Positions 61,153-64,000 of a stretch of 64,000 bases of DNA are shown piece by piece. The number at the start of each line of letters is the position of its first letter. The first letter of the stretch is position 1. The stretch covers positions 744,001-808,000 of the forward strand of contig OZ287077.1 of NCBI GenBank assembly GCA_965645245.1. The letters are read 5' to 3'. Under the pieces are notes generated by a model. That model worked only from the letters and a program-made list of their open reading frames with translations. It searched no databases and was not told the origin of the DNA. A program made the position numbers and the translations under genes. The DNA comes from Massalongia carnosa (taxonomy: Eukaryota).

Positions 61153-61368
61153 TTGCCTCAGTACCTCAGACGTGCGTGGGCTCTAGGAGCCGTCTAAGCC
61201 CCTCCGGGTTAGCCTATATCGCTAAGCTCCTTCGGATTAGCGTCCCAGCTGACTAACGTGGTTGCTACAGATGTGCTGCGTAGTCAGCCTGTTAACCCGA
61301 AGGGGCTTAACGTTCTGTAAGACTAACCCGAAGGGGCTTAGTCGGGCACGTCTGAGGTACTGAGGCAA
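61153..61368. mobile_element. MITE, copy 2 (216 bp, inverted relative to copy 1)
   Basis: Same 23-bp TIR as copy 1; TSD CTTTTATC at 61145-61152 and 61369-61376. Confidence 0.95.
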
Positions 61369-62059
61369 CTTTTATCATTTGTTCTCTTTTGCGGTCAATC
61401 ATGTCAAGAAAACTGAGCCCCAACTGAGACAGATTTATATCGTATCAAGAAATTGGATTTTCCCTATAAGTCCTGTTATTTGCAACCCCTCATCCGCCGC
61501 ATCGATCTATCCTCAAAAGAGTTTGCTACAAGTAATTTCGCCAAACTTCCTCCTTCATTTCACTATCTTATCATTATCCCTTTCTAACACTATTTTATTT
61601 CTTAGATTATCATTTCTTAATCTTCATCAAGTTCTGTTCCTAATAAAGGTATCAAGGATGGATTTTTCAAATCAAGGATTCTTAACGTTAGACAATGGTC
61701 ATGCAGGTACTCCGTAGAATGAGGACAATCTAAGAAGCATAATCGAGGCGCGGCCCGCATTACAAACTATTTAAGGGCTTACTTAGTAATGAAGACATAT
61801 ATGTTTTCCTGACGAATTACTTCAAACTTGCCTTGTAACGGTTATGATACTTTCATTTGTTTGTAAACATCTTGAGATATTGAAATCAAGAAACTCCATA
61901 GCATTGAGTAACAACCCGCTAGTGTCGCAAAGGACGAACTGCAGAAACAACAACTCTCTTTGTGTTTCTTATCTTATAATGGCCTATGAAGCTAATCTGT
62001 TCTGAAAAACACCCTTTAAGGTAGGAATGACTGCGTGCTTGCTATCAGCGGACACTGCA

Positions 62060-63752
62060 CTAGGCTTCGACCAAGCTGGGACGTGCAGGGTAACATTTCC
62101 ACTCCACAAATAAAGAGCCGCTGAAAAATCCCAGGATTGCGAAACCAAGGAAAGAAAACGAAGAAAACCGGAAAGCTGTCATGTAAATTTCCAGCGCTTG
62201 CTGTTTCAAGGCTGGCGCGAGATTTGGAAGTTCATCGATATTGTTTTTGATTGAAGATATCACATCGACGGCGTTCTGTTCGTTGCCGAAATGGCGCCAC
62301 AATTGCGTTGTCAAGACGCTGTCGAAGATGGCTGAGGCCACAGCAATACCGATTGTAGATCCAACGGAACGGAATGCGTAGTTTGTGGAAGTCACGACCG
62401 CTTGCATTTCAGGTGATACGGCACCGAGAAGAGCTACCAACAGCGTTGTGACCATGCCTCCGAAGCCAAGGCCAGCAAGCAAAAGACAAAGAAGCGGGAG
62501 CCAGCTTACACTATGCAGATCCAGGGTGCAGATGGCACCGGCGGAGATGGCAAAAATGAGAGGAAGGCTGATAGAAATATGCCAATAGTGGCCCGATCGA
62601 TAGATTATGAAACCTGCTACCAAGGAGCCTATAGTATTTCCAACACTTTGAGGGAGCAGACGTGCACCGGCATCGGTGGTCGACAGCCCCTGCAGTCGAA
62701 AATATATCGGCCTGTAGAAAAGAATGGCAAAGTTAGCCATAGAGTTGAAAGAATTTGCCAGGCAAGGCCCAGCGACGCTCCAATTCAACATTAGTCTCAC
62801 CGGAATCACCGGCTCCTCAGCAACATAGATCTCGATGTATAAGAAGCCTCCAAAAAGCACCAGGGACAGAGAAATGCAGATTGTGACGGAAGGATGTGTC
62901 TATGGCACGGTCGAACTTCCGTAGTTTAGACCGAAGAGAAACAGCACTAGAACCATAGCCAACAAGAAAGACCCAAGAAAATCGATGCGACGCATAGGCG
63001 GTTTACTCGATAGCTGTGTCATAGGCAGCCTGACCTATAGAAAGGATGCAATGCTAAACCACAAGGCGAGCGGTGTGATCACCAGGAACGGGCTTCGCCA
63101 ACCCAACGTATCGTTGAACAGCCCTCTCACAAGCCCCCCTAACCCATGGCCCAGACCGAAGAGAAGATTCCCGAACCCTTGCCAAATACCTCGTTCTCGC
63201 AAGGAAAACAAATCATTGCACACGAAGCTCCCAATAGAGTTCATTCCTCCTCCGCCAATTCCGGCCAAGATTCGGCCAAATATTAGCACCCACGGTTCTT
63301 CTGCCAGACCACAGCAGAGGTTACCCACGGCAAAGAATATGCCCGCTACTACCAATCCGGCGCGACGACCGTAAAGCTCGGTCATTTGTCCACTGAGAGG
63401 CTGCACCGCTGCATTGGCTATGAAATACGTCGAACCAAGCCATGAAAGCAACGATAGCGACTTGAACGATGACAAGATCGGCGCGGCAAGAGTTGAGACT
63501 AACGTGCTGTCTGTTGGCTAATACTATTAGTCTTCTCTCGTCATCCTTGATAAAGCGTTCATGAACACGTTGAGTTTTGGGTACGTTACCTAAGGCGGCC
63601 AGAAATGTTCCTCCCCACACGCAGGCCAGTATGAGTATTAGATGTTCCTGGCGTGACTCTTTTCCGGGTTTCTTGTCTTGAGGTAGTGTCGTCTCGTCCT
63701 TAGGCGAAACTGCCGAAGGAGGTCGCAGAAGAGGGGATTCTTCAGTGAACAT
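62060..63752 (-). pseudogene. MFS drug:H+ antiporter (DHA2 / VBA-like) pseudogene
   Basis: GTFLAAL|D, SWLGSTYFIA, ELYGRR, GRILAGIGGG, RERGIWQG, LGWRSPF; in-frame TAG at 63035-63037 and 62900-62902. Confidence 0.85.
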
Positions 63753-64000
63753 GGTTCGTTAAAAGGATGGCAGGCTTTAGTTTTGGTGAAGAAATATCCA
63801 ATTTATTGACCATGATTTAAAATGAAACCTCAGCCATCTATTCCACACCAACCCAAAAACAAAAGGAGCCGGTTTGTATTGACCTGGTTCTCAACGATCG
63901 ATGGTCGAGGAAAAACATTTCTCATATATATGCATAGTTGTCTGCCACAGAATCACATGCAGCGAAGAGGTAAGACATGTTTAGGAGAAGAAGGCAAACT

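Noticed and set aside
20745..63037. RIP or stop-codon reassignment as the cause of TAG codons in host pseudogenes
   Set aside because: TGG>TAG and CAG>TAG are CpA transitions by necessity, so they are not diagnostic of RIP; frameshifts co-occur, and intact genes here use TAG as a normal stop.

Overview
Eukaryotic DNA from a filamentous ascomycete (Pezizomycotina-type genes with short GT-AG introns). Bases 1-45,000 hold about 13 apparently intact intron-bearing or single-exon genes: DUF1295, an Oxidored-like protein, DPM3, a SmgGDS-like ARM protein, a PTH11-like membrane protein, a GT8 glycosyltransferase, AP-2 alpha, a Cys-rich metallothionein-like protein, PLPBP, MscS, a PA-RING E3 ligase and others. 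Three host genes are pseudogenes (HRI1, a ClpB-like AAA ATPase, an MFS transporter). The main feature is a 15.2 kb nested transposon stack at 45,778-61,024 that can be resolved to the base. A 72-bp palindromic mini-element (A) received two pogo/Fot1 transposons (B, E) in tandem at its central TA. B then received a DD37E Tc1-like element (C), a DD34E Tc1-like element (D) and a full-length Tad1-like LINE, and C carries a 5'-truncated LINE. Element C is unusual in two ways. It has CAC...GTG ends and a GC-rich 5-bp target duplication instead of TA, and its captured LINE reverse transcriptase is in frame with the transposase's own start codon, giving an RT + transposase unit inside one TIR pair. 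Also present: a near-empty copy of A, two copies of an 8-bp-TSD MITE, a third truncated LINE and recurrent TACAGAGTA/TACTCCGTA footprint-like motifs. All calls were made by eye; no database searches were run.
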